A DNA stretch of 64,000 nucleotides, taken from contig NC_045718.1 of NCBI RefSeq assembly GCF_009834535.1, positions 31,868,001-31,932,000 of the forward strand. Reading direction: 5' to 3'. Shown in pieces: positions 11,771-21,899 of the stretch. This DNA comes from Camelus ferus (Eukaryota). Positions within the stretch are counted from its first letter, which is position 1, and every line of letters starts with the position of its first letter. The notes beneath the pieces are model-generated. The model saw only the letters and a program-made list of their open reading frames with translations. It was not told where the DNA came from and did no database searches. Both the position numbers and the translations under genes were made by a program.

Positions 11771-13176
11771 TTTTTTCTCTTTAATTTTGTTTTCTGATTG
11801 TGGTAAAATAGACATGACATAAAATTGACCATTTTCACCACTTTTTTTCCTTTTTTCTTTTTTTAAAATTTTATTTTTTATTGAAGTGTAGTTGATTTAC
11901 AATGTTGGCTTCAGGAACACAGCAAAGCAATTCAGTTCTACATATACATACATATGTATATTTCAGAGTCTTTTCCATTATGTTAATACAAGAAATTGAA
12001 TATAGTTCCCTGTGCTATACAGAGGGTCCTTGTTGTTTATCTGTTTTATATATAGTAATGTGTATCCGTTAATCCCTAACTCCTAATTTACCCATCCCCT
12101 GCCCTTTTCCCTTTGGTAACCATAGTTTGTTTTCCATGCCTGAGAGCCTATTTTTGGTTTGTAAATAAAACTTGTATCTTTTGATTTTACATTCCACGTA
12201 CAAGTGATATCATATATACTTGTGTTTCTCTGTCTGACTTAACTTCNNNNNNNNNNNNNNNNNNNNNNNNNNNNNNNNNNNNNNNNNNNNNNNNNNNNNN
12301 NNNNNNNNNNNNNNNNNNNNNNNNNNNNNNNNNNNNNNNNNNNNNNNNNNNNNNNNNNNNNNNNNNNNNNNNNNNNNNNNNNNNNNNNNNNNNNNNNNNN
12401 NNNNNNNNNNNNNNNNNNNNNNNNNNNNGTGCATGCGTATTTTTGAATTAGAATTTTCTCTGGATATATGCCAGGAGAGGGATATTACCCTCCATAGTGG
12501 CTGCACCAAACTACATTCCACCAACAGTGGAAGAGGGTTTCTTTTTCTCCATACCCTCTCCAGCATTTATTATTTGTAGACTTTATAAAGATGGCCATTC
12601 TGGCTGGTGTGAGGTGANNNNNNNNNNNNNNNNNNNNNNNNNNNNNNNNNNNNNNNNNNNNNNNNNNNNNNNNNNNNNNNNNNNNNNNNNNNNNNNNNNN
12701 NNNNNNNNNNNNNNNNNNNNNNNNNNNNNNNNNNNNNNNNNNNNNNNNNNNTAACTCCCCATCTACCCTCTGCCCTCAACTCTTGGCAACCTCTCTTCTA
12801 TTTTCTGTCTCTCTGAATTTGACTACTCTAAGTACCTCATTTAAGTGTAATCACACAGCATTTGTCCTTTTGTAACTAGCTTATTTCACTTAGCATAATG
12901 TCTTCAAGGCTCAAGCTTATTGAAGCCTGTGCCAGGATTTCCTTCCTTTTCAAGCCTGAATAATATTTCATGGTAAGGGATGGACCACATTTTGTTTATC
13001 TCCTCCTCTGTCAAAGGACATTTGGATCGTTTCCACCAGTTGGCTATTGTGAGTAATGCTGCTATGAATGTGGGTGTGCAAATATCTGTTTGACTTCCTA
13101 CTTTCAATTCTTTGGGGGTATACATGCCTAGAAGTGGAATTGTGGGGTTCTGTGGTAGTTCTATGTCTAATTTCTT
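11771..13176 (-). mobile_element. Old L1 (L1MB-like) 3-prime end, interrupted by a younger L1
   Basis: attgtggtaaaatagacatgacataaaattgaccatttt, resuming after the gap as taactccccat..cttatttcacttagcataatgtcttcaagg. Confidence 0.8.
11842..12617 (-). mobile_element. Young cetartiodactyl-type L1 3-prime end nested in the older L1 (contains an N gap)
   Basis: Poly-T tail then ttattgaagtgtagttgatttacaatgt ... tatagttccctgtgctatacag. Confidence 0.85.
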
Positions 13177-13584
13177 GGGTCAGTAGAGTTTTAAAGCACC
13201 CTAGGTGGTTCCAAGATGCAGTCAGAATTGCAACCACAGGACTAGGTGAGCCGACTTTCTGCAGCTGGATTCATCTGGGGAGATTTAACAACTTGGGATG
13301 GCCCTATCACCTCCAGACCACCAANNNNNNNNNNNNNNNNNNNNNNNNNNNNNNNNNNNNNNNNNNNNNNNNNNNNNNNNNNNNNNNNNNNNNNNNNNNN
13401 NNNNNNNNNNNNNNNNNNNNNNNNNNNNNNNNNNNNNNNNNNNNNNNNNNNNNNNNNNNNNNNNNNNNNNNNNNNNNNNNNNNNNNNNNNNNNNNNNNNN
13501 NNNNNNNNNNNNNNNNNNNNNNNNNNNNNNNNNNNNNNNNNNNNNNNNNNNNNNNNNNNNNNNNNNNNNNNNNNNNNNNNNNNN

Positions 13585-14016
13585 GATGGACCTAAAGATT
13601 ATCATACTAAGTGAAGTAAATCAGACAAAGACAAATACCATATGATATCACTTATATGTGGAATCTAAAAAAAAAAAAAAAAAAGACACAAATGAATTTA
13701 TTTACAAAACAGACTCACAAACATAGAAAACAGACTTGTGGTTACCAGGGGGCAAAGGAGAGAGAAATAAATTAGGAGTTCAGGATTTGCAGATACTAAC
13801 TACTCTATATAAAAAAATAGATAAACAACAAGGTCCTACTGTACAGCACAGGGAGCTATATTCAATATTTTGTAATAGCCTATAATGAAAAAGAATATAT
13901 ATGTGTGTGTCTGTATGTATGTGTATATCTGAGTCACCATTCTATACACCAGAGATGAACACAACATCGTAAACTGGCTATATTTCCATTAATTTTTTTT
14001 TTTTTTAATAAAAAAA
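13585..14016 (+). mobile_element. Young L1 3-prime end, sense to TLR5
   Basis: gatggacctaaagattatcatactaagtgaagtaaatcagac ... gtacagcacagggagctatattcaata; begins at an N gap. Confidence 0.88.
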
Positions 14017-14080
14017 CAATGATTTAAGAGCTCACTGCCCTGTCCCTCTCCTGGCTGCCTCAGAGGAAGCACCCCAGACA

Positions 14081-14094
14081 CCACTAGGCGGCGC
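14081..14094 (+). promoter_or_regulatory. CTCF motif in TLR5 intron
   Basis: CCACTAGGCGGCGC, 13/14 match to consensus. Confidence 0.6.
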
Positions 14095-14584
14095 ACTCTT
14101 CTGAGGGGTCAGAAGCTGCTCTCAGCAACCTGCGCTTCCCGAGAGAAGCTAGTGGCCCACCACTGGCACAGGCTTCTTGCTTCACACACTCTCATCTCTC
14201 TTGCTCCCCCTGGCTTCAACCCATTTAGGAGTTGGTGTTTTAAGTCACTCGATCTTCTCTCTGGGGTTCCCCTATGTCCACACCTGCTCCCCTCCTGCTC
14301 TCTCTCGCTCCTACATATCAGTCACTCTCGGATACCCATTTTTCTGAGGTCTGGTCAGATCTGAGAGAACTTCATCGCCTGATCCTCGTCTTTAAATTAG
14401 TTTTGTCCTGTCTCAGTGCCCATTCATGGTTATTTCAACCCATTTTGGCTCTCATTCCAGGATAATCCTGCTTGGGTGGTCCCTCCTCCCAGCTTCTGTC
14501 TTCACGAACAGCCCCTCCAGACTCCTGTCAGCTCACCAGCTCACCTGGCTCTCCTGCTCACCTGTCCTGGCACTTGACCCCTAG

Positions 14585-14668
14585 AGGTCTGCTTCAGAGA
14601 CAAAGATGTAGCTATTCCATAAGAAAGCAGGTCTGCATGTTATCTCTGTTGTATGATGCCAAGTCCAG
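14585..14668 (+). other. TLR5: Candidate penultimate (5-prime UTR or alternative N-terminus) exon of TLR5
   Basis: Perfect donor CAG|GTAAGT (GT 14669-14670). Acceptor cccctAG at 14583-14584, preceded by CTCAC branch-like motifs at 14532, 14540 and 14557. The acceptor is less certain than the donor. Confidence 0.6.
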
Positions 14669-15143
14669 GTAAGTTTCTTTAAAATCTATTTGTTCAGCTG
14701 GCCTTATCCACCTAACTGTTTAGTTTTCGCTCCCCTACTATGGACTTGAAAATTCAGTATATTGAACATCTATTGTCTGGGGCTTCCTTTCAATTGTTGT
14801 TATCACAAATTCAAGGCCAAGCCACCCTCGTTCAGTGTAGGCATTTGGAGGCCAGCCTTGAATGGTCTGGAAAAAGACAATTGAAACTAAACATTGTAAC
14901 TCTGTTATTCTGAGCTGTTGTTCTCACTCTCATGTCTCTGCAGGGACTTTTCTGTCCGCTTACACAGGATGAGAAGTCATCCTGATGTTTGGATAGAACA
15001 ACAGTGGCAAAACTGTCAGCAACTTGGGAGCCACATTAGTTCTTTCCTGCAAATGTCAGTTCGGGACCAGAACATGTTTATCTTGCAGTCACTTAAAATC
15101 CTCATTTGTAAAATCAAAGTCTCTATTCTCTTTTCTTCTAGAA

Positions 15144-15230
15144 CAGAGGTTGGCAAACTATGATATTTGGACTGCAAAGCCTAAAATACCTACCATCTGG
15201 CACTTTACAGAAAACGTTTTCCAAGCCTTG
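15144..15230 (+). mobile_element. 87-bp internally deleted MER58-like hAT MITE with perfect 8-bp TSD
   Basis: cagaggttggcaaacta ... gcaaagcctaaaatacctaccatctggcactttacagaaaacg, flanked by TTCTAGAA at 15136-15143 and 15231-15238. Confidence 0.85.
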
Positions 15231-16495
15231 TTCTAGAATATAAAATGTGGTGGTTGTCATATGTAAACTAAGGGGTCTCACCATGAGGTTGAAAGGGGTA
15301 GCCTTCAGGAGGTCAGCGAACCCTCTGAAATTGGATGCAAAATTTGTATTATGATGTAAATGCATTTTTGGAGGGCAAGGTTCGAAGTTATCATCAGATT
15401 CTCAAGGGAGTCCACGACCTCAAAACTTGTAAGAAGGACTTTGTCCTTCAGCAGCTGTGTGAATGGAGAGCCTCGAGAATGGGCCCTCCTGTATATTTCA
15501 GGCTACAGGCAACATTCTTTTACAACAAGAGGTGCAGAGCCAGCATAACCAAGCACAGGAAACAGAGCCCAGGGTTAGAGCTAAAGGAACAGATCCAATA
15601 TGGAGTCAGATTTGTTCTTTCCTGTTGCACTATGGTTCGCAAACCTGGAAGCTCAGAGACTGAGTGAGGGCCCGTTGCAGTAACTGTCTCTTACCTTGTC
15701 CCTCGCGAAGTCTGTCTCTTTCTTTGAAGGTGCCTGCCCTTTTTAAGTTTGTTTTATCAATTATGATTAAATTTGATATTATGGGATGCTTTGGGGAAAT
15801 ACGCAGGATGTAAATGATAAATATGTAATAGAGAATTACAGGGATGATGTTGTTACAGAGCCTGTCCCTGAGAGGGCTTGTGTCAAACCTTCAGGAGAGG
15901 AGGGACTGGTGTTTGCCTTTGGGGATTTCTTCTGAATGTAACCCCCAAATCTGCCCTGCCTGGTTTCTTTTTTTTTCCTGATAATTCTTCAGTTTATCTA
16001 CTGAGATTACTTTGAACTTTAATTCCACTTTCCAAAATGCCCCCGCTTCCCACTAGTGTGTGTCATCCATAAATATAAGGGTCAGGTGTGCAGGACATGC
16101 TTAATACATTTTTATTAAACTGATACAATCTGACTCTTTGTGAGAAATGATGTAAAGTACCCAGTTTTTATATGATGAGATGTACTGTGTCTGGGGTCAG
16201 GATGGATGAATGGAGATGAACTTGACAGGTTAGAGCGTGAAGAAAATGGGTGGATTTATCTTCCACTCATCAGCTGAGCCTCCCATGGGCTAGGAATGGG
16301 GTCCCTGACTGAGATGAAGCAAAAATGTGTCTCCTCCTGCTGTGTTCTCCAACTTCCCTCAGCAGATCTTGAATGAAGGCAGGCATGAACTTATGAATGA
16401 ACACACAGTAATTATAAAGATTAAATGAAATATTTCTAAAGTACTTAGAATGGTGCTTGCTATGTAGAAAAATGCAATATATATGATAGAGAGTG

Positions 16496-17253
16496 ACCTG
16501 GGTATATTTCTGCAGGGAACTATAATTCAAAAAGACACATGCACCCCAATGTTCATAGAAGCAGTATTTACAANNNNNNNNNNNNNNNNNNNNNNNNNNN
16601 NNNNNNNNNNNNNNNNNNNNNNNNNNNNNNNNNNNNNNNNNNNNNNNNNNNNNNNNNNNNNNNNNNNNNNNNNNNNNNNNNNNNNNNNNNNNNNNNNNNN
16701 NNNNNNNNNNNNNNNNNNNNNNNNNNNNNNNNNNNNNNNNNNNNNNNNNNNNNNNNNNNNNNNNNNNNNNNNNNNNNNNNNNNNNNNNNNNNNNNNNNNN
16801 NNNNNNNNNNNNNNNNNNNNNNNNNNNNTGCTGCAACATGGATGGACCTGGAGATCCATTCTAAGTGAAATAAGCCTGAAAGAGAAAGAAAAATACCATA
16901 TGATATCACCTATGTGTGGAGTCTTTAAAAAAAAAATGACACAGATGAACTTATTTACAAAACAGAAGCAGACTCAGCCATAGAGAAGAAACTTATGGTT
17001 ACCAGGGGAGAAGGGGATGGGAAGGGATAAATTACGAGTTCAACGTTTGCAGATACTAATTACTATATATAAAATAAACAATAAGTTTTTACCGTATAGC
17101 ACAGGGAACTATATTTAATACCTTGTAGTAACATATAATGAAAAAGAATATGAAAATGAATATATATACATGTATGTATGACTGAAACATGCTGTGCACC
17201 AGAAATTGATGCAATATTGTAAACTGATTACACTTCAGTTAAAAAAAAAAAAA
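16496..17253 (+). mobile_element. Young 5-prime-truncated L1 ending about 220 nt before the TLR5 acceptor
   Basis: ORF2 end and 3-prime UTR (aaagacacatgcaccccaatgttcat..; atggatggacctggag..), A13 tail at 17241-17253. Possible TSD GACCTGG at 16495-16501 and 17254-17260. Confidence 0.88.
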
Positions 17254-17427
17254 GACCTGGACCAAAAAAAAAAGAAAAAAGCTAGCGAGTGAGAACAGCT
17301 CTGTCTACACCAGTCGGTATCTGCCAACAGCCGTGGCCATGGACCCAGAGCAACAAAGGGTCCAGGCTGAAGGGAATGACCACATCATAGAGGAATCCCC
17401 CAAGCCCTAAGCACCTGTGTGCAATGC

Positions 17428-17475
17428 TTTACACTTAGATGCCTGTTTTCACTCTCCCTTCTTCTCCCTAGGAAC
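17428..17475 (+). other. TLR5: 3-prime splice acceptor of the TLR5 coding exon (exon starts 17472, 4 nt before ATG)
   Basis: Pyrimidine tract ctgttttcactctcccttcttctccctAG (AG 17470-17471), then gaacATG. Possible branch point TTTAC at 17428-17432. Confidence 0.9.
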
Positions 17476-20052
17476 ATGGGAGATCATCTTGACCTTCTCT
17501 TAGGAGTGGTGCTCATGGCCAGTCCTGTGCTTAGAATTTCTTCCTGCTCCTTCGATGGTCAGATGGCCTTATATCGTTTCTGCAACCTCACCCAGGTCCC
17601 CCAGGTCCCCAATACCACCAAGAGCCTCCTGCTAAGCTACAACTACATCAGGACAGTCACAACCACATCCTTCCCTGTCCTGGAGCAGCTGCAGCTGCTG
17701 GAGCTCGGGACTCAGTTCACCCCTTTGACCATTGACAAAGAAGCCTTCAGAAACCTGCCCAATCTTAGAATCTTGGACCTGGGCCAAAATCAGGTAGACT
17801 TCTTGCATCCAGATGCTTTTCAAGGACTGCCCCATCTCTCTGAACTTAGACTGTTTTATTGTGGTCTCTCCGATGCTGTATTAAAAGATGGTTATTTCAG
17901 AAATTTAGAGTCTTTAACTCGCTTGGACCTATCTAAAAACCGGATTCAGAGTCTTCAGCTTCATCCTTCATTCTGGGAATTGAATTCTTTGAAGTCCATT
18001 GATTTTTCCCTCAACCAGATACCAGTTGTATGTGAGCATGGGCTCAAACCCCTCCAAGGAAAAACACTCTCCTTTTTAAGCCTTGCTGATAATAACCTGT
18101 ACAACAGGGTCTCAGTGGACTGGGAAAAGTGTATGAACCCATTCAGAAACATGGTCCTGGAAACCCTCGATGTTTCTGGCAATGGCTGGACAGTGGACAT
18201 CACAAGAAACTTCAGCCATGCCATCAATGGAAGCCAGGTTTTCTCTTTGGTTCTTGCTCACCACATTATGGGTTCTCACTTTGGCTTCCATAACATCAAA
18301 GAACCTGACCGAAACACATTTGCTGGCCTGGCCAGGAGCTCGGTGATACATCTGGACCTTTCACACGGGTTTATCTTCTCCCTGAACTTCCGACTCTTTG
18401 AGATGCTCAAGGAGTTGAAGGTTCTGAACCTTGCCTACAACAAAATAAACAAGATTGCGGATGAAGCATTTTATGGACTCGACAACCTCCAAGTTCTCAA
18501 TATGTCACATAACCTGCTGGGGGAACTTTATAATTCTAATTTTGATGGATTACCTGAGGTTGCCTATATTGACCTGCAAAAGAATCACATCGGGATCATT
18601 GAGGACCAGACATTCAGATTCCTGGAAAAATTAAATACCTTGGATCTCCGGGATAATGCTCTTACAACAATTTATTTTATTCCCAGCATACCTACTGTCT
18701 TCCTGGGTGGCAATAAGCTGGTGACTTTGCCAAACATCACACTTACAGCCAACTTCATCCACTTATCAGAGAACAGGCTGGAAAATCTGGATGATCTCTA
18801 CTTCCTTCTCCAGGTCCCTCAACTCCAATTTCTCATTTTAAATCAAAATCGCCTTTCCTCTTGTAACCAAAGGCATGCCCCGGCAGAGAATCCCAGCTTA
18901 AAACAGCTTTTCCTTGGAGAAAACATGCTGCAACTTGCCTGGGAAACCGGGTTCTGTTGGGATGTTTTTAAGGGGCTTTCCCAACTCAAAATCCTGTATT
19001 TGAATAACAACTACTTGAATTTCCTCCCACCAGGAGTCTTTTACCATCTAACTGCACTGAGGGGACTCAGCCTCAGCTCCAATAGGCTGACAGTTCTATT
19101 CCCTGGTGACTTACCTGCTACTTTGGAGATCCTGGATATATCCAGAAACCAGCTCCTATCTCCTGATCCTGATTTATTTGCATCACTCAGTTTTGTGGAT
19201 CTAACTCATAACAAGTTCATCTGTGAGTGTGAACTTAGCACTTTTATCAATTGGCTCAATCAAACCAATGTCACAATATTTGGGTCTCCTGAAGACATAT
19301 ACTGTGTGTACCCGAGTTCGTACGCTGGGACTTCCCTCTACTCTGTTTCCACGGAAGGTTGTGATGAAGAGGAAGTTTTAAAGTCCCTCAGGTTTTCCCT
19401 TTTCATCTTATTCACTGTCACTTTGACTCTGTTCCTCATGACCATGCTTGTAGTCACGAAGTTCCGAGGGTTTTGTTTCCTCTGTTATAAGAAAGCCCAG
19501 AGACTGGTGTTCAAAGACCCCGCCAAGGAAAGAGAATCAGACACGTATAAGTACGATGCTTACTTGTGCTTCAGTAGCAAAGACTTTGAATGGGTGCAGA
19601 ATACTTTGCTCAAACACCTGGACGCTCAGTATAGCGACCAAAACAGATTTAACCTGTGCTTTGAAGAAAGAGACTTTGTGCCAGGGGAGAACCACATCGC
19701 CAACATCCAAGATGCCGTGTGGAGCAGCAGAAAGATTGTCTGTCTTGTGAGCAGACACTTCCTTAGAGATGGGTGGTGCCTCGAAGCCTTCAGCTACGCC
19801 CAGAGCAGGTGCTTAGCTGACCTCAATGGCGCCCTCATCATGGTGGTGGTCGGGTCCCTGTCCCAGTACCAGCTGATGAAGCATCAGTCCATCAGAGGAT
19901 TTGTACAGAAACGGCAGTACTTGAGGTGGCCTGAGGATCTTCAGGATGTTGGCTGGTTTCTTAACAAACTCTCTCAACACATTCTAAAGAAAGGAAAGGA
20001 AAAGAAGAAAGACAATGACATTCAGTTGCAAAGTACAACCACCATCTCCTAG
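17476..20052 (+). CDS. TLR5: Toll-like receptor 5, intact 858 aa, single coding exon (signal peptide, LRR ectodomain, TM about aa 640-660, TIR domain)
   Basis: ORF 17419..20052 reads MGDHLDLLLGVVLMASP from Met20 (ATG 17476, strong context AACATGG). It has LxxLxLxxN repeats, an LRR-CT (NKFICEC), a hydrophobic TM, TIR box1 YDAYLCFS and BB-loop RDFVPGE (P736). Length 858 aa matches human TLR5. The track's start at 17419 lies in the intron. Confidence 0.99.
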   Translation: MGDHLDLLLGVVLMASPVLRISSCSFDGQMALYRFCNLTQVPQVPNTTKSLLLSYNYIRTVTTTSFPVLEQLQLLELGTQFTPLTIDKEAFRNLPNLRILDLGQNQVDFLHPDAFQGLPHLSELRLFYCGLSDAVLKDGYFRNLESLTRLDLSKNRIQSLQLHPSFWELNSLKSIDFSLNQIPVVCEHGLKPLQGKTLSFLSLADNNLYNRVSVDWEKCMNPFRNMVLETLDVSGNGWTVDITRNFSHAINGSQVFSLVLAHHIMGSHFGFHNIKEPDRNTFAGLARSSVIHLDLSHGFIFSLNFRLFEMLKELKVLNLAYNKINKIADEAFYGLDNLQVLNMSHNLLGELYNSNFDGLPEVAYIDLQKNHIGIIEDQTFRFLEKLNTLDLRDNALTTIYFIPSIPTVFLGGNKLVTLPNITLTANFIHLSENRLENLDDLYFLLQVPQLQFLILNQNRLSSCNQRHAPAENPSLKQLFLGENMLQLAWETGFCWDVFKGLSQLKILYLNNNYLNFLPPGVFYHLTALRGLSLSSNRLTVLFPGDLPATLEILDISRNQLLSPDPDLFASLSFVDLTHNKFICECELSTFINWLNQTNVTIFGSPEDIYCVYPSSYAGTSLYSVSTEGCDEEEVLKSLRFSLFILFTVTLTLFLMTMLVVTKFRGFCFLCYKKAQRLVFKDPAKERESDTYKYDAYLCFSSKDFEWVQNTLLKHLDAQYSDQNRFNLCFEERDFVPGENHIANIQDAVWSSRKIVCLVSRHFLRDGWCLEAFSYAQSRCLADLNGALIMVVVGSLSQYQLMKHQSIRGFVQKRQYLRWPEDLQDVGWFLNKLSQHILKKGKEKKKDNDIQLQSTTTIS

Positions 20053-20170
20053 TCAAAGGAACAGTTTAACACTTACCTCAAGCCACAGATAACTCTTCAC
20101 CTTGTATTTCCACTAAGTTACCATGGGGGGGGTCCTCTGGGGACTTGTTGCTTTCCTACTATGAAGACAA

Positions 20171-20176
20171 CATAAA
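20171..20176 (+). terminator. TLR5: Candidate variant polyadenylation signal CATAAA of TLR5
   Basis: About 120 nt after the stop codon, followed by U-rich ttgattttca. I saw no AATAAA between the stop and the L2 at about 21987. Confidence 0.4.
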
Positions 20177-20774
20177 TCTCTTGATTTTCACAGGAACATG
20201 ACATTTTGTCTCACCAACCTCTGCATGGAAAGGAATAGATCTAGAAAATTGCAGCCACCCCCAGAGCATCCCAACTCTCCACTGATTTCCTTTCAGACCC
20301 AATAACACTGTTCCCTCCTGTTGCACTGACTGTGGGGTAAATCCTTGTCGTGGGAAGGGCGCCTCAAGTGAAGTTACAGATGGCCAACACCCAGGTGTCT
20401 CCAGCGTTCAGTTCCTGAAGGAGCTGGCCGATGACCTGGAACTCTGAGCCCTGCAGAACAACACTAAGTAGAAAACGAATGGAAAAAGAGGCGTGCTTCC
20501 TGCTTCTGCCGTGGGAACAGTGCCACTGCTCAGTCTCAGGGATGAGGGGGGCCACGGAGAGTCTGACAGGAGAATGATTAGGTTTCTTGTGGCCATTCCG
20601 CTCCTCTTCTTACCTTCTGGGTCTAGTGGGCAGTGAATGTTCTTTTTTGCTTGCAATCTTTATTTCCACCTGGCATAAGAGAACTTCCATGATTTAGCAG
20701 CAACCTTTTCCAGCTGTATTCCCCACCCTCGCCCCACCACACCCCATTTATCAGCCACACAACCTGTTACAGAA

Positions 20775-20930
20775 AGATCTTGGACTTGGGACCCAGATCC
20801 TTGTGTGAGTTCTGATTCTGCTGCTCATGAGCTGTGTGACCTCGAGCACGTTACACACCATTGCTGGTCTGCTTTCTTATCTATAGGTGTCATCATATCT
20901 ACCTCATAGAGTTGCCATGAGAGTGAAATT
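20775..20930 (+). mobile_element. MIR fragment
   Basis: gagctgtgtgacctcgagcacgttac ... atctacctcatagagttgccatgag. Confidence 0.7.
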
Positions 20931-21280
20931 GGCCAAGGATATCGGGGCATCTCAGATCTCATCCTGAGCTGCTCTAATGGTCATGGAAGGATGCTCACAC
21001 CAGGGGACCTTCTGGAGGCAGTCATAATTTCTTAGAAGCTGTATTTTTTTTATCTTAAAAGAAATTTATATGTATTTTGCATTGTTTCCTGTTTATTTCA
21101 ATATAGAAATATTTTTGCAAAAGCATTAAGGAAATCTAAACCAAGGAAGGTGCCCAAGTTACCCCATGGCTTCCCATACAGACGCCTCCAAATCCAACCC
21201 AGCCGGGGACTCAGCACTTCACATGTCACACTGTTCCCCTCACTGTCCTCCCTGCATCCTAACTTCTCCAACACAGACAG

Positions 21281-21282
<2 letters not shown>

Positions 21283-21319
<37 letters not shown>
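21283..21319. repeat. (AC)18 microsatellite
   Basis: Uninterrupted AC repeat read directly. Confidence 0.97.
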
Positions 21320-21321
<2 letters not shown>

Positions 21322-21899
21322 CTGTTGTCATCCCAGCTTCGTGGGGCCCCTCTGACTCCTGAGACTGAGCTTGCCCTGCTCCCATTGTTCTTTGTTCCTT
21401 GAAACACCCATTAGCATTGTTCTTTGGCACAGCCACATCCCCTCCCCCAGCTCTGCTGCTTCCTTCTGGGATATTCTCCCATCCCTGCAATCCATCCTAC
21501 CTGTTCTTCAAAATCCAGCCCACCAAGCCTCCTTGGGATGCCCCCAGCCCAGATCCTCTCTCCTTTTTGTGCAAACGCTTGCACTTTATCTGTCCTTTTA
21601 AAACAAACTCTTCTTGTTTCCTGCCTCCTTTGAGAATCGGGAGTCTGCCTGGCCCCCCACCCCCTCTAGACTATGAGCTCCATAAGGAAAGATCTGTAAC
21701 AGATCCCATACCATTTCCAGACCACACAAGGCTTTCCCACCTATACTTTTCCATGCTTCTTCCTCCCTCTGGAATTCCTTCTCCCCACCCTCCTCCGTCT
21801 GCCCAGTGAATTTCCTAGCACCACCACCCGTGCCTTATGACCTGACTGATATACAACATTGTGTTGGCCAATGTGTGTGCGGGTGTGCAGAGGCACCCT

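Noticed and set aside
14944-15060. Additional TLR5 leader exon after acceptor tctcatgtctctgcAG (14943)
   Set aside because: Good acceptor but only a weak donor (AAT|GTCAGT); cannot be supported without transcripts.
12210-16983. ORFs with X runs and L1 ORF2-like peptides (for example GIFLQGTIIQKDTCTPMFI)
   Set aside because: Truncated L1 3-prime ends spanning assembly gaps, not genes.
17419-17475. 19-aa N-terminal extension from the ORF track (MQCFTLRCLFSLSLLLPRN)
   Set aside because: Starts at GTG and runs through the branch point and pyrimidine tract, so it is intronic.
17632-19758. Antisense and alternative-frame ORFs within TLR5
   Set aside because: Short (under 90 aa) shadows of the coding strand.
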